Notes: generated by a model not told the origin, from the sequence alone. A stretch of DNA of 64,000 bases from Squalus acanthias (GCA_030390025.1 CM059432.1:47308001-47372000), one strand, 5' to 3'; shown: positions 37,990 through 53,509, counted from the first letter of the stretch. Numbers and translations are program-made.

Positions 37990-40828
37990 GCCCCTCCAGA
38001 ATGTCGTTCACTTGCGAACAAGGTCCTTGCCATCCATGAGCTTATCGTGGATACTGCATTGATATCATGGCCCTGACAGAAACTTGGTTGAGGGGTGATG
38101 ACACCTTACCCTTAAATGAAGCCTCCCCACCTGGCTATACCTTCCACCACTTTCCCCGCTCCGACCGCCCTGGTGGCGGTGTGGCTCTCATTACCGAATC
38201 ACACCTTGGTCTGTCCCGCTATTCCTCTGGCAGTTTCTTCTCCTTTGAGCATCTCACCTTATTTCACCTCATTTAAAATTCTTGTTCTCTACCGCCCACC
38301 CAAGTACCATAAAATTTTTATTACTGAGATATCTTCACTGTTCTCCTCCCTCAGCCTCTGCACCGAACGACTTCTCATCCTCAGTGATTTCAACCTCTGA
38401 GCTCACTAGCCTCCTATCCTCCCTTAATCTCTCCCTCCATGTAAACTCCCCAACCCATATTCATGGCCATCCCCTCGACCTTGCCATCTCTCGTGGCCTC
38501 GCTACTCCCATCGTGTCAATTGCAGATAAGGCCATCTCTGACCATTTCCTCGTATCGCTCTCCACCCACATCCTCCTTCCACCCACCCCACCCCAACCCT
38601 ACTTCCTTCGGTGTCCGCCCCTGGAGAAAACTCCCTTACAACTGCACTTATGAAATCCCAACTGTCCAGCCTCTGGCCCTCCATTCACCATGACATTTCT
38701 GTAGCTACCGATCTGCTCAACTACACCATCACCACCATCTTTGATGCCCTAGTCCCTAATAAGTCAATTACCCTCTCACCCTAGCCATTCCTCCTGGTAC
38801 GGCTCTCATATTCGCTCCCTTAAGTCCAAGACTCAAACAGATATGGCAAACAACTGGTTTAGCCATTCACTGCCAGACCTGGCTGGACCACATAAAGCAC
38901 TATTGGGCCCTGCTCTCGTCTGCCAAAATTGCTCACTATTCCAGAATCATTCTGGAATGCAAAGATAAACCCCGGTTCCTATTCTCTACTGCTAACTGTC
39001 TTCTTAAACCCCTCTCCCCTGTCTCCTTCTCCTCCACCCTCACCTCCGATAACAAATGTAAGGAGCTCATGGACTTCTTTGTCTCCAAGATTGAGATTAT
39101 CCGTTCAGCTGCCTCTGTCACTTCCCTTCCTTTCCCTAGCCCACTGGGCCAAATTTCCTCTAAGGTTCCCCCCTGCCCTAGCCCTGAACTCACATCTTTC
39201 TCCAGTTTCACTCCAATCTCCCCTCATGACCTCTCTGCGCTCATCTTGTCTATGAGACTCACCTCCTGCTCCCTCGACACTATTCCCACCAAACTGCTGA
39301 CCACCCAACTTCCTTTTCTGGCTCCCATGTTAGCCGATATTGTTAATGGTTCTCGCGCCTCAGGTACTGTCCCGCTCTCCCTCAAATCTGCCGTCATCAC
39401 CCCTCTCCTCAAAAAACCAAACCTTGATCCGTCTGTCCTTGCAAACTACCACCCCATCTCCAACCTTCTTTCCTCTCCAAAGTTCTTGAACGTGTTGTTG
39501 CCTCCCAAATCCGTGCCCATCTTTCTTGCAATTCCATGTTTAAATCCCTCCAATCAGGTTTCCGCCCTTGCTACAGTACCAAAACGGCTCTCATCAAAGT
39601 CACAAAGGATATCCTTTGTGACTGTGACAAAGGTAAACTATCCCTCCTCATCCTTCTTGACTTGTCTGCAGCCTTTGACACAATTGACCACTCCATCCTT
39701 CTCCAACGCCTCACCACCGTCATCCAGCTAGGTGGGACTGCACTCGCCTGGTTCCATTCTTATCTATCCAATTGTAACCAGAGAATCACCTGCAACAGCT
39801 TCTCTTCCCGCTCCCGCATCGTTACCTCTGGTGTCCCCCAAGGATCTATCCTTGGCCCCCTCCTATTTCTCATCTACATATTGCCCCTTGGTGACATCAT
39901 CCAAAAACACAGCGTCAGTTTCCACATGTACGCTGATGACACCCAGCTCTACCTCACTACTTCTCTCGACCCCTCCACGGTGTCTAAATTGTCAGACTGC
40001 TTGTCCGACATACAGTTCTGGATGAGCAAAAACGTTCTCCAATTAAATATTGGGAAAACTGAAGCCATCGGTCACCGCCACAAACTCCGTTCCCTAGCCA
40101 CTGACTCCATCCGTCTCCCTAACATCTGTCTGAGGCTGAACCACATATCCGCAGCATAACAAAGATCACCTATTTCCACCTCCGTAACATCGCCCGTCTC
40201 CGCCCTTGCCTCAGCTCATCCGCTGCTGAAACCCTCATCCATGCCTTTGTTACCTCTAGACTTGACTATACCAACACACTCCTGGCTGGCCTCCCACATT
40301 CCACCCTACGTAAACTTGGTCATCCAAAACTCGGCTGCCTGTGTCCTAACTCACACCAAGTCCCGTTCGCCCATCACCCCTATGCTCGCTGACCTACATT
40401 GGCTCCCGGTTGAGCAGCGCCTCGATTTCTAAATTCTCATCAGTTTTCAAATCCCTCCATGGCCTCGCCCCTTCCTATTTCTGTATTCTCCTTCAGCCCC
40501 ACAACCCCCGAGATATCTGCACTCCTCTAATTCTGCCCTCGAGGATCCCTGATTATAATCGCTCAACCTTTGGTGGCTATGCCTTCGGTTGCCTAGGTCC
40601 TAAGCTCTGGAATTCCCTGCCTAAACCTGTCCGCCTTGCTACCTCTCTTTCCTCCTTCAAGACGCTCCTTAAAACTTACCTCTTTGACCAAGCTTTTGGT
40701 CACCTGCCCTAATTTATCCTTATGTGGATCGGTGTCAAATTTGTTGTCTTAAAATACTCCTGTGCAGCGCCTTGGGACGTTTTACTACGTTAAAGGTGCT
40801 ATATAAATACAAGTTGCTGTTGTTGTTA
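37990..40828 (+). mobile_element. L2-type LINE, near-complete ORF2 (frameshifted)
   Basis: APE (ALTETWL, SDFN, LDL, SDH), RT (LDLSAAFD, GVPQGSILGP, YADD), and (GTT)n tail. Confidence 0.9.
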
Positions 40829-41599
40829 GTAGATTCCTTGCTTACCTTTGCATTTTGCCTTTTCATCATTATTTTTGTTCTTGCAGTTTTTCCTTTCTTG
40901 TACTTTCCTTTGTTTGCCAGACTTCATGAACATTAAATGTCCAATAAAGTTCAGAAAATTAATGTATGCATGACAGAAGGTATATTTAAGTCATTTTGAC
41001 CTTAATTGCATTATGCCATAGGAACTCTTAGCACATTCAAATTATTCATTCCCTCAGCATTTTATTCAGAAGCATTAATAGTTTATTTTAATTTTCTATT
41101 AATTTTTAAATTATATGAACATACTATGCATTCATCTGCTAGTATCCCACAGCATAATTTTAAGGCCATAGAGAATAGATAACCAGAATTCATTAGATGA
41201 TAATTTTCAGTAAGGAAGGCAATGATGCAATAATGTTAGATTGGCTTACTTGGTAGTGCTTTTGCTTCTGACTCAAAGTTATGAGTTTAAATCTCACATC
41301 AGTATTTGATCTTATAATCTCTAGTGCAATTGCATTGTTTAAGATACTATCCTTCAAATAAGTTGGTGATGAGGATTGACCATCTGAAGGAAGGCAGAGT
41401 TCTCTCAATGTCCTCACCAACATTAATCCCTCAATTCAATACCAAAAGAAATGATGAATACATTGCTGATGTAGGATTGCCGTCATGTTTGCTCATACTG
41501 CCCCCTAAAAGCAATTCATTGTGCGAAGCACTTAAAGACATTTTGACAAAAGGATTAGGCGCTGCATTAATGTAATTATTTCTGATTCTTTAATAAACT

Positions 41600-44141
41600 G
41601 TAAGAGCGAATCTCAGTCAGATTACTGCCACCATATAAATCTCAAAATAGACAGTGATTGTATAATATAAACATGCTGGAGATAATTTACTATATAATAA
41701 ATTACATATTCCAAATGCAAGAGACATATTTATTTACACTCAGTCTATTTCCATGCTGATTGAAGGGAGCTATCTTTGAGCCACTCTTTCCAGAACTTTA
41801 GTTATTGAATCCGTTGAGCATTAACCTTTCATAAAGGATGCTTGGTATTTGTACTGGACTAACATTCTGGTTGAAATTTTAAAACCTGCATTAAAGAGGG
41901 TATGGATCTGTAGTTGGGACAGAGCCCTTTTCTGGTTTGGCATTTTCTAACTTCATAGCAACAGGGAACCATCCGAACTCCCTCAATACAGTGGTCAAGG
42001 GATACTGAAGTGTGACAGAACCTCAAACTCCTACCATTTCCCATCTCACCAATTAGACAGCTCAGTTACAATTAATATCCAAATGTAAATGTCAGCTGGG
42101 CTACAAATACAGCTCTTCTAGGCCATGGCACAACACATCAATACACTGCAACACCAGACTGCCAGACAACTAACACTCCCTATCTAAATAGTGTGTTGTG
42201 TGCATTGAATCACAACACACATATGTAACTAGTTATCATAAATATGTGATGTCAAATAGCCTTGACACTACGCTATTACCTTTTAAACAGTCATTTGCAG
42301 AAAAGTATAAAATAGTCACATTTTCTTTAATAATGATTCACTCAAACTAATTGGTGGTAAACTATTGTTCAATATCTCAACCCATTGCCACAGCAATGTC
42401 AAATTTATAGTTTTATTTTACCCAGGATGTTATTTCTGACAATTAGGTTTACAAGAAAAATAGTCACATGATAATTTTAGGCAGTCACTGATTCAATGTA
42501 TCTCAGCATGATGTGCATAAATAAAAAACATTTCAGACGACATGAACGCCACTTACAAGATACAAATGTGAATTTAACTGCAAGTCAATTATTTTAACAT
42601 TCTGCAGATATTGTAATTATGTAGCACAAATAGTATTTTCAGAATATGACTGAAAAACTAGTGAATGGTTTGTAGAAAGATGTCAATGCATGTGATTAAT
42701 TTGAAGCTAAAGGTCCAATGAACTACAAATGGTATCACATAAATTACAATATTAAGAAAAAAGTGCATAACTATAAACATAACACAAGTATACCATCAGA
42801 CCCAGAAGTGCCAGTAAATATTAAGTGACATACAGAAAGTAAATTACTTTATTTATACAAGTTCCCCAGCTTTTAAAGAACATACTCAATAATTAGAATT
42901 GCAACTTTTGCCCTCTCATTATTCAATATAAAAGCCATAATGTACTTTCTAAACTGCCTCAGATGTCTTTTATTGAAATATACTTGCTTAAATATAACTA
43001 CTTATTTTCAAGAAACTGCAGTGTACAGCAAAATGTCTTTTATATTTTATAATATTTTACACAGTACTAGCTGTATATATTTCAAAATCCTAAAATGTTT
43101 TCACCCGATGCTGTGGTGAATTTGGAAACAGGTATTTAACTGGGTATTTGGATTTTACATCAACAAGGATGCATAAAATGTTGTGGAAGATATATTTAAT
43201 TGAAAAGGTAAATACAAAAGATGACTTATTGACATGCTCAAGAACATTCCTTCCATATTTTGATGGTTTTTTTTAAATTCATGTTATAGTTTTGTAGTTA
43301 TCAGCTACTTATAAACTGCCAAAGTTCAAAGTTCACTACACCCCTTTATACAACAAAAAGTATGTTATAGAAAGGTATGTTTGTGTCATTCTATGAAGTA
43401 CACTCTATCTACAAGTTACTCTGGATTTATCATTTAGCGTTAAAAAAAAATCTTTATTCATCTATTTTTTAAAAAATGAACATTTTTGTGGTGCTAGAAT
43501 ATGAAAGCCCTAACCATTCAATTATTTAGCAGCAGCACCTACTTCATGTAAAAGTATTTGGCCCCAATCTAAAAATTCAAAGAAAATTGTACATTTCAAA
43601 CAGAACATTATAAAACAAACATTAAAAAATAAAATATCTGCAGAATAACTTCAAAATATGTTATACAATTAAAAAAAACTGCAATGCTGGAAATCTGAAA
43701 TAAAACCAGAAAGTACTGGAAATACACAGGAAGGCCCTCAGCATCTATAAAAAATAGACAGGTTTAACCTTTCATCAGAATGGAAAACTGAAAGGAAACA
43801 ATTTACAGGTTTGGGGAAAAAAGGAGAAAGGGCAGAAGAAGTAAGAGATACTCCAATCCTAGATAGTTAGTAAGTTGAATGATCTGTCTTTTCATTGGCT
43901 TACAAGATATAACAAATACATACAGAACAATTTAACCTGGTCAAATTTCATTATATTGTTTTATCAAAGTTATTCAAAATGTTAACATGGAAATGAATTT
44001 AAATTTTTAGAACATTTTTAACTAAAACAATACATCATAAAAATAAGTATAGTGGCTAATACTGGCAGGACTGAAGACTTCCGTACTCCAGTGAATATAT
44101 TTGTAGGTCACGCACTGAAGTCAGATCACACATTCAGATAC
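41600..44141 (-). other. Probable 3'UTR / 3' flank of copine copy B
   Basis: AT-rich, repeat-poor sequence after the stop codon, with several minus-strand AATAAA hexamers (e.g. ~43453, ~42848, ~42412). The true end is unknown. Confidence 0.5.
43679..43790 (-). mobile_element. Decayed Penelope 3'-terminal fragment within the putative 3'UTR
   Basis: The reverse complement matches 59570-59690 (CTGATGAA...gatgctg...tttccag...tatttcagatttccagcat). Confidence 0.65.
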
Positions 44142-44249
44142 TTAGGGGCTTGGCTCATTAGGAGGACGGAGTTTGCGTGTGTTGAAGTAGCACACCACCT
44201 GCTGAGGTAATTCAGCCAGTACACTTTGTGCAAGAACTTCTTTGGGTGC
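44142..44249 (-). CDS. CPNE3: Copine copy B, terminal coding exon
   Basis: taaacag|[38 protein letters not shown] followed by TAA; matches the copine-3 C-terminus. Confidence 0.95.
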   Translation of the reverse strand, partial: APKEVLAQSVLAELPQQVVCYFNTRKLRPPNEPSP

Positions 44250-44349
44250 CTGTTTAATGAGATGAGTGTTATTAGTTTGAAAAACAACAATCATGTGGAC
44301 AAGAAACAGCAAGTGACTGACATCACACAGCAAATTTTCAGTCTACACG

Positions 44350-44665
44350 ATCACAGAATCATGCAGCACAGAAGGAGGTCATTCAGCCCATCGTGCCTCT
44401 TTGAAAAAGAGCTATCCAATTAGTCCCACTCCCCAGCTCTTGCCACATAGCCTTGCAAATTTTTCCCCTTCAAGTATTTATTCAATTCCCTTTTGAAAGT
44501 TACTATTGAATCTGTTTGCAACATCCTTTCAGGCAGTGCATTCCAGATCATAACTTGCTGCATAAGAAAATTCTCATCTCCCCTCTGGTTCTTTTGCCAA
44601 TTACCTTAAATCTATGTCCTCTGGTTACCAACCCTCCTGCCAGTGGAAACAGTTTCTCCTTATTT
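44350..44665 (-). mobile_element. CR1 3'-end fragment in the last intron of copine B
   Basis: Homologous to 33010-33330. Confidence 0.75.
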
Positions 44666-46280
44666 ATATATTTGTGATGTTGCACACAGAAGTACCCCCA
44701 CCCCGCCACCCCCAGGCTCTTTTGCATTAAACTATATTAGTGACAATGGTGGGATTTTTCTGCTTCTCACTTGCCAGTCAGTGATTTTCCTCACTGATTA
44801 AACTGAATGGTCAGGAAATTGCATGCTGGTCTAGAAGCAGAAAACCCTAGCCAATGACTTTCAAAACCATATGGGCAGGCTGTACCCAACTATCTCGACA
44901 AGTTAGCTTCTCTCGCATTAAAATGAAATAGTTCTACCAAAATCAGTGCAGTACTAAAACCCTGGCTGGGACCTTCTTCCTTCCACTGCTTTTTAGGTGG
45001 AACTGCGGCAGACACAGGTGGAAAATGGGACAGAGACACACACTGCAGTTTTCACAACCATTAGATTTCCAGTTGGAAGTGACAGGTGATGCTCACTATA
45101 TCTGCCCATATATATGAATGCGCATATTGAAATGATAGTCAAATGATGAAAATACATCAACCAATGTACTTTCCGTCACTTGGCCCACAGCAATGCTGGA
45201 AGCCAGGGATGGTTGTTAGCACTGGCTATGGCAGCAGAAGGGGGAACTTTAACTTTTAAAATCCAGAAAGCCTGTGTAATTGCCCGATTCAAAAATGTTA
45301 AAAGTCTTATCAGCAGACTGCCGCAAACAAAACTTTGCTCTTAGTACTGGCAGACTCCTTGGTGGAGGCCAGAGTGCCTTCCAAAATTATTTCAATAACC
45401 ATGGCCACAAGATTAGCTGTGGTCAGGGAATATCTTTTTGGAAAGCAGGAGCAACACCATGTCAAATCCACAAAAGCGAAGACCTGGGCCATAATGTTCT
45501 ACTTCTCTAAAAGGAAACTTGTTTCGATGCCAAAGATTTGCTGCAGTTGTTCAGCAGGTTTTCTGGTATTCAATTTTATGCAGATTTTGCAGCCTCATAC
45601 TAGATGTCAGTGTTGTGAACTTCTAACTTACACATTTTGGTGCAATCATCTTATTATACCAGTAATACCATTTTTAAGGGACTATTTTAAGGTGCCACAA
45701 AGTAAACTATGAGACTAATCACACTGTTGGTATAATCATTTCCACTGAAATTTGGCAAAAATTTAAAAACACACGAACAATGACATGTTCAAAAACAATC
45801 CCTTTACCAGCTGTATTCAACTCATGACTCAAACTTCAGTACATGTATCTATATAATTGTGACACACAGTCACATTATCCATGAAGTGGGTTTTCTTTAA
45901 AAAACATTATTTAACACTAGAGCTAGCTAAAATACTTACCCATTATATTAACAGGCATGTGCAAATGGATCAACCAGATGCAACACACTTGCAATTTTGC
46001 TGCTTGCACCTTATGCCATAGCATCTACATCTTGTAAATATTATAGAGATGATTCTATGATCTGGTTCTTTCAGGAGGCGCATCTCTAGAAATCCCAGTT
46101 GCGCAGTGAGAGATTTTCTTAATTCATTCATTTTCAGTTTTACCAGGCATACTTAAAGACCTCCATGAATGTGACTTGTATGTCAGATTTTACAATATTT
46201 CATACATTTGTCTAATACAATACTTTGTTATTTCAAGCCTGTGAAGTAGGATTCAAAACTATTATTACTGGGCAGTGTTA

Positions 46281-46595
<315 letters not shown>

Positions 46596-46999
46596 TCAAG
46601 ATCAAACAAAGCATAGCTTCTCAATAGATAGTTTAATTAAAGATCGTGAAACAATTGAATTATGACTATTTCTTCTAACAATTACCACATATGTTGAAAT
46701 TAATTTTACTATGTATGCTGAGCCTTGCATTCCACCTCATTTTATTTAAATGCAGATTTCACGAGTAAAACATGCTAACAAGTTCTCTAGGTGTCCAAAT
46801 TTTAAAGCAAAAGTAAAGCAGTTTTACACATAACTAGTAAAATTTAAAAATATATAACTCATATACTGGATTAAAATATTAACCACTCCGTGATTTCGGC
46901 AGTGTTTGAGATTTGTAAAAAAAAAAAAAAATCTTTTTGACACAATTACATACTCGAGGTCAGTATTCAGGGCTCACTCGGGAAATACACTTCCTAATG

Positions 47000-47355
47000 T
47001 GGAACATAGCCATACAGACCGAGAAGGTTTGAAGTTCAATCATGGTCTGCGTTGAGTTTGCTGATCTCAGCTGATATGGTGGAAAAGATGCTACAATTAT
47101 CCTTCAAGAAGTGGGGGGAAAAAGCAGACTCATGCTCCTGATCATTAACTCCTGCTGAAAAACGTGCAGGCAGGGACAGAATCAGACTTGGCCGTCATTT
47201 GTGTCTCTTCACCCCCTCTCCCCCCCCCCAAAATAGCTTCATGATATTCATTATCTAGGCTCACAAAATGAATAGAGAAGAATGAGGTACTGAGGCTGCC
47301 CAGTGTTCATGAAACTACACCCCAGCAAGAAGCCATGTCTTCAGCAAAAGAGAAA
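47000..47355 (+). mobile_element. AmnSINE2-like SINE
   Basis: gttcaatcatggtctgcgttgagtttgctgatctcagc ... aggctcac...accccagcaag; related copy at 53510-53885. Family name from recall. Confidence 0.5.
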
Positions 47356-47618
47356 AAATATTTATTCAGGATTCTTTCCTCTCTCAAAATACTAATAATG
47401 TGATTGTGGAATATCAATTACTTTGTCATTGTCCTAAACATTTAAACCTTGGATATCAATGATCTTTGAGATTCTAAATATTATATGAAGTGTTACTATT
47501 TTCTCCCCATTCCAGTTTTGAGCACATAATTCCTCATCGAGACAGTGGGGTACGTGATCCGCTTCCTAGCATCTGTCAAAGCTGCTCTATCACCACCTGC
47601 TCAGAGATATAGGAGTTA

Positions 47619-47798
<180 letters not shown>

Positions 47799-48419
47799 TC
47801 AGTAATAAAATGTTAATAAATGAATTTATTAAAACCCCATTTGGTGCCACTCTAATTTCAGTCTCAAGTTCTGCAAGACTTAAGAGAGTGCCCTGACTGT
47901 ATTTTTCTTACCATGAGGGAACCATTACGAAGTGGTAGTTATTTAAGCAATCACAAAATAGACTAAACACATCACATGCTCAGAACTTTCATGAACTCAA
48001 TGCTTCTACTTATAACGGTGAGTTATGGGCAATTAAAATGGAGTACAATAATTTTTTTTTTTTAAGTAGACCGCAAATTGTAAACTATAACTCACGAGAA
48101 CTTGATTATGCATAAATAAATGGCAGAAGTTTCAAAGTGGTTGCTACTCAGGATCATGAGTTACAATACAGCACTGGTGTGCATTCCACTTATAACAGTG
48201 CTGCTTTCCAGAAGAGTTTCTGCTTCACAAGAGCATACGCACATGCCATGTATTTTCATTCAGGGAATGTGATTTTAAAAAGTTAAATTTTAAAAAGTTA
48301 AATGCTTCTCAAGAAACAACAAAGAGAGAGATGAGGCGGCAGAGATCTTGCTTGCCTCCCATATGTTTTCAGAATATTTTTGCCCGATAAACCACATGCT
48401 TTAAGGTTAAAGTGCCAAG

Positions 48420-48835
48420 TGTCAGCTCGGCTCATTTCTTAGCACCGGAGTCAAATGGTTGTGGGTCTTAACCACATTTCACAACTTCAGCCCAGAAGCT
48501 AGGCTGACACTTCCAAAGTTCTGTCTAATCGGATGAGATGTTAAACTGAGGTCCTGTTTTCCTGTTTACATGTATGTGAAAGGTCCTGTTGCATTTTTCA
48601 AGAGGAGCATTTAGTTTTCCCCAGTATCCTGGCAAACATTTTCCCCTCAACCAACACCACAAAAACAAGATTAACCAGTCATTCATCTCATTTACTTTGA
48701 CCTTGCTGTGATTAAATTGGCTGCAGTGTTTTCTACCATAATAGTGACTGCACTTCAAAAGCAACTCATTTAATGTGCAGTGCTTGCAGATGTCCTGAGG
48801 AAATGACAGAAGGGTCAATATAAATGCAAGACCAT
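48420..48835 (+). mobile_element. Degraded Deu-domain SINE
   Basis: tRNA head remnant and Deu core (tcggatgagatgttaaactgagg). Confidence 0.7.
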
Positions 48836-49329
48836 TCTTTCTAAAAATGGTTTCAATTTTAAAAGCACCAATTGAGAGAATGGCATAGAGGAACTAAAAC
48901 ATTTAAAATTTAAAGTCGGCATCATATGAAGAGAGATATAGGATATGATCAGACTGACATTTTTAACATGAATGTCTTGATCATAACATTTTGCAATCTG
49001 TAAAGATCTAGAGGCAGTGGACAAATAATTCATCAAACTGTAAACAAACAGGAATACTTTGATACTGAATCAAATTCAGACACTACCAAGACATGCCATT
49101 TGGTTGGTCCATCAATGTGATTAGAACAACTTGTCTCTCCCTATTATACATGATCATTCCAACTCACTTACACTGAGCCACCTATTTAACACAAGACAGC
49201 TGAACAATGAAAGGAGTGAGTCAGACCACCAGAAGTTCTTTGGGCAGAACCAAGACAACAGGATTTGGGGACATAATTAGAAGCTTAAGTCACTTTGAAC
49301 TAAAATGGAACTTTAGCAGCAACCGGAGT

Positions 49330-52030
49330 CCCGACGGCTGTGTTGAGGACATCTCCTCATGGCTGGAGAAGAACTTGGAGCAGGAGGGGGAGGATCCAGT
49401 TGTTGTGGTCCCACATAGGAACCAAGGAACCAACGACATAGGTAGAATTAGGAATGAGGTTCTGCTGAGGGAGTTTGAGGAGCAAGGGTACAAATTAAAA
49501 AGCAGAACCTTAAAAAGGTAATAATCTCTGGTTTATTACCTGAGCCACGTGCAAATTGGCATTGGGACAAACAGATTAGAGGTTTAAATGCGTGGCTGAA
49601 ATAGGCAGGGGTTTCAATTCAAGGGGCACTGGCACTAGTACCGGGGAAAGAGGGAGTTGTTCCGTTGGGACGGGCTAGGACCAGTGTCCTGGCGAATCGA
49701 ATAACTAGAGCAGTAGATAGGGCTTTAAACTAATAAGGGGGAGGGGAGGTTCAGGTAACAGTAAATTTAAAAGTCTAAAGAGAAAAGTCAAGGCTGTAGA
49801 GCAGAGTAGCGATTTGGGTAAAATCATACAGATTGTGTCAGGAAGGGGCAGAGTTTTTAACAAAGGTAATAGGGCATTAGCAGCTAAGGCCACATCAGGG
49901 GGAAAAGATAGTAAAAAGTTAAATTTAAAGGCGCTATATTTGAATGCACAAAGCATTCGTGATACAATAGATGAATTAATGGCATAAATAGAGATAAATG
50001 GGTTTGATCTAGTAGTCATTACCTAGATGTGGTTGCAGGGTAACCAAGGTTGGGAACTAAATTTCCAGGGTACTTGACTTTTAGAAAAGACAGGCAAAAT
50101 GGAAAGGAGGTGGGGTGGCCCTAATAATAAAGGAGATAAAGGCAGTAGTGAAAAAAGATCTTCGCCCAGAAAATCAGGATGTAAAATCAGTATGGGTTGA
50201 GCCAAGAAATAACAAAGGGCATAAAACACTAGTGGGAGTAGTTTATAGGCCCCCTAACAGTAATCATAGTGTTGAACAGAGTATAAATCAGAAAATTAGA
50301 GGAGCACGTAACAAAGGTAATGCAATAATCATGGGGGACTTTAATCTTCATATAGGCTGGGCAAACCAAATTGGCAAAAGTAGCTTGGAGGATGAGTTCA
50401 TGGAATGCATTCAAGACAATTTTCTAGAACAGTATGTCGAGGAACCAACTAGGGAACAGTCTATTTTAGATCACATATTGTGTACTGAGACAAGGTTAAT
50501 TAGTAATCTTATCGTAAAGGATCCTCTGGGGAAGAGTGATCGTAATAGGATAGTATTTCATATTAAGTTTGAGTGATGTGGTTAAGTCCGAAACTAGGGT
50601 CTTAAATTTAAAAAAAGCCAATTACGAAGGTATGAGGGGGTGAGTTGGCTAAGGTAGATTGGGAAATTAAATTAAAAGATATGATGGTAGATAAACAATG
50701 GCAAACATTTAAAGAAATAATTCATAATTCTCAACGAATATATATTCTCTTGAGAAATAAAAACTCCACTGGAAAAGTGGCAAAACCATGGCTAACTAGA
50801 AGTTAAGGATAGTATTCGATTAAAAGAGGCTTACAATGTTGCCAAAAACAGAGTAAGCCTGAGGATTGGGAGGGTTTCAAAAATCACTTGGAAAATCACA
50901 ATACGATTAGGCAGAGTCAATGCGATTTTATGAAAGGGAAATCGTGTTTGACAAATCTATTAGAGTTTTTGAGGATGTAACTAGCAAGGTAGATAAGGGG
51001 GAACCAGTGGATGTAGTATATTTGGATTTTCAGAAGACATTCAATAAGGTGCCACACAAGAGGCTGTTACACAAGATTAGAGCTCAAGGGATTTGGGGTA
51101 ATATACTGTATTAGCATGGATTGAGGATTGGATAACGGACAGAAAACAGCAAGAATAAACGGGTAATTTTCGGGATGGCAGCGTGTAATTAGTGGAGTGC
51201 CACAATGATCAGTGCTTGGGCCTCAGCTATTTACAATCTATATCAATGACTTGGTAGGAAGAATGGAAAAGCAGAATTTAAAAAATGAGAGACTAGTAAA
51301 TGTTGGTATTTAGAGGAATTTGGGTGTCCTTGTACATGAAACACAGAAAGTTAACATGCAGATACAGCAAGCAATTAGAAAGGCAAATGGTCTGTTCGCC
51401 TTTATTGCAAGTGGGTTGCAGTATAAGAGTAAGGAAGTCTTGCTGCAATTATATAGGGCTTTGGTAAGATCAAAACTGGAATACTGTGTACAATTTTGGT
51501 CTCCTTACCCAAGGAAGGCTATACTTGCCTTAGAGGGGGTGCAACGTTGGTTCACTAGATTGATTCCTGGGATGAGAGGACTATCCTATGAGGAGAGATC
51601 GAGTAGAATGGGCCTATATTCTCTGGAGTTTAGAAGAATGAGAGGCTATCTCATTGAAATATATAAAATTCTTAAGAGGGGTTGACAGGGTAGATTCTGA
51701 GAGGCTGTTTCCTCTGGCTGGATAGTCCAGAACTGGGGGGGGGGGGGGCATAATCTCAGAATAAGGGGTCGGCCATTTAGGACTGAGATGAGGAGAAATT
51801 TCTTCACTCAGGAGGGTTGTGAATCTTTGGAATTCTCTACCCCAGAGGGCTGTGGATGCTCAGTCGATGAGTATATTCAAGGCTGAGATAGATAGATTTT
51901 TGGACTCTAGGGGAATCAAGGGATATGGGGATCGGGCAGGAAAGTGGAGTTGATGTAGAAGTTCAGCCATGATCTTATTGGGTCGAGGGGTAGTATGGCC
52001 TACTTCTGCTCCTATTTCTTATGTTCTTGT
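49330..52030 (+). mobile_element. CR1 with internal deletions (esterase, APE, RT and 3' tail)
   Basis: GTNDIG, IIMGDFN, VYLDFQK and [10 protein letters not shown] motifs in order. Confidence 0.9.
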
Positions 52031-53509
52031 GTACTTGATGAGAGGACAGACATTGCTTTTTCAATATTCCCATCTTCAGACTGGGAGCATCAGAACTCCA
52101 CTGCTCTTTACCTCTCATTCCACCGAACAATATGGAAACGCAGATAAGGGAAAGCCCTGATATTTCAATTTTTTTCTTTGTGGCTACCCATGGTACTCTA
52201 TATTCCTGTGTTGATAGTTAGGATTGAGTAACACCATGGATTAGCAAACTGTATTTCACTGCTGGGCTTTAGGTTTGAAACCGCCTTGAATAGTACTCTC
52301 ACCTGTAAGATAGAAGATCTTAGGTTCATCTCGACTCCAGAAACTAGTACTTAATCCATTGACATAAAAATCCTTTACCATTAATAAGATATATCCAAGG
52401 AACCATGTTTAGTAAAAGGTCAGTGAATGTTGGGGACAATATACTATATAGATACTAAGAAGATTGATCATTTCAGAAGTTAAATGAGCTGAGATCAGCA
52501 AGAACAACGAATCATCGCCTATCACATTAGTTCTTCGACAGCACCTCCCAAACTCACGACCTGTACCGCCTAGAAGGACAAGGGCAGCAGGCGCATGGAA
52601 ACACCATCACCTCCAAATTCAGCTCCAAGTCACACACCATTCTGACTTGGAAGCATATCGCCATTCCTTCATCGTCACTGGGACAAAATCCTGGAACCCC
52701 CTACCTAACAGCACTGTGGGAGTACCATCACCAAACGGATCGCAGTGGTTTCAAGACAGCAGCTCACCACCACCTTCTCAAGGGCAATTAGGGGTGGGCA
52801 ATAAATGCTGGCCTTGCCAACAACACCCACATCCCATGAATGAATAAAAAAAAGTCTGCATTTTGTGCTCATTGTTCTTCTACTCGCCGCATTTTTGTCA
52901 GCATCAAACTTTTCCAGCTCAGGTATAACATAGCCAAGTGCAGAATAAAGCTCACTTTGATGTCTCAGACTTCACGGTCACCTTCAAATCAGGAGGTTGT
53001 GGCTTCAAACTCCTCTCCAGGACTTGACCCAGATTACGTTCAAGTCCATGGAGGGTGGAGGAAGGGACGCCGTCCGCCCAAGCTTTAATTAGGTAATTAG
53101 TGGGCTAGCACCAAAAAAAAATCAAACTTTAATACCTTCCGTTCTCCATAATCCAAGAAGTTGAGCCTATTGATCGGGACAGCCAAGAGGTCTGACATAA
53201 TTGGGTATTTGAAGAAAATTATGAACTACTTTTTTCATCCCATTACAACATTTTTTAAAATACATCACATGCAATGGATTAAAATGAAACACAGCAACGT
53301 TTTCAGCTCTCAGATTGAAACAGATGTTCAAAATTACACAAATTGCTTTTTATTTTAGACTTCAAGGCAAAAAACTGAGTATTGTTGAGCATGTTGCCTG
53401 AGCGACTGCTGGAACATTTTGTTTTCTATTTTAGGATTTGAAGCGAGCTCCCATTATCTCCGTCCCCTTCCAAACCCTATCCACAATGTCACAGTGGGAA
53501 AAGCCACTG

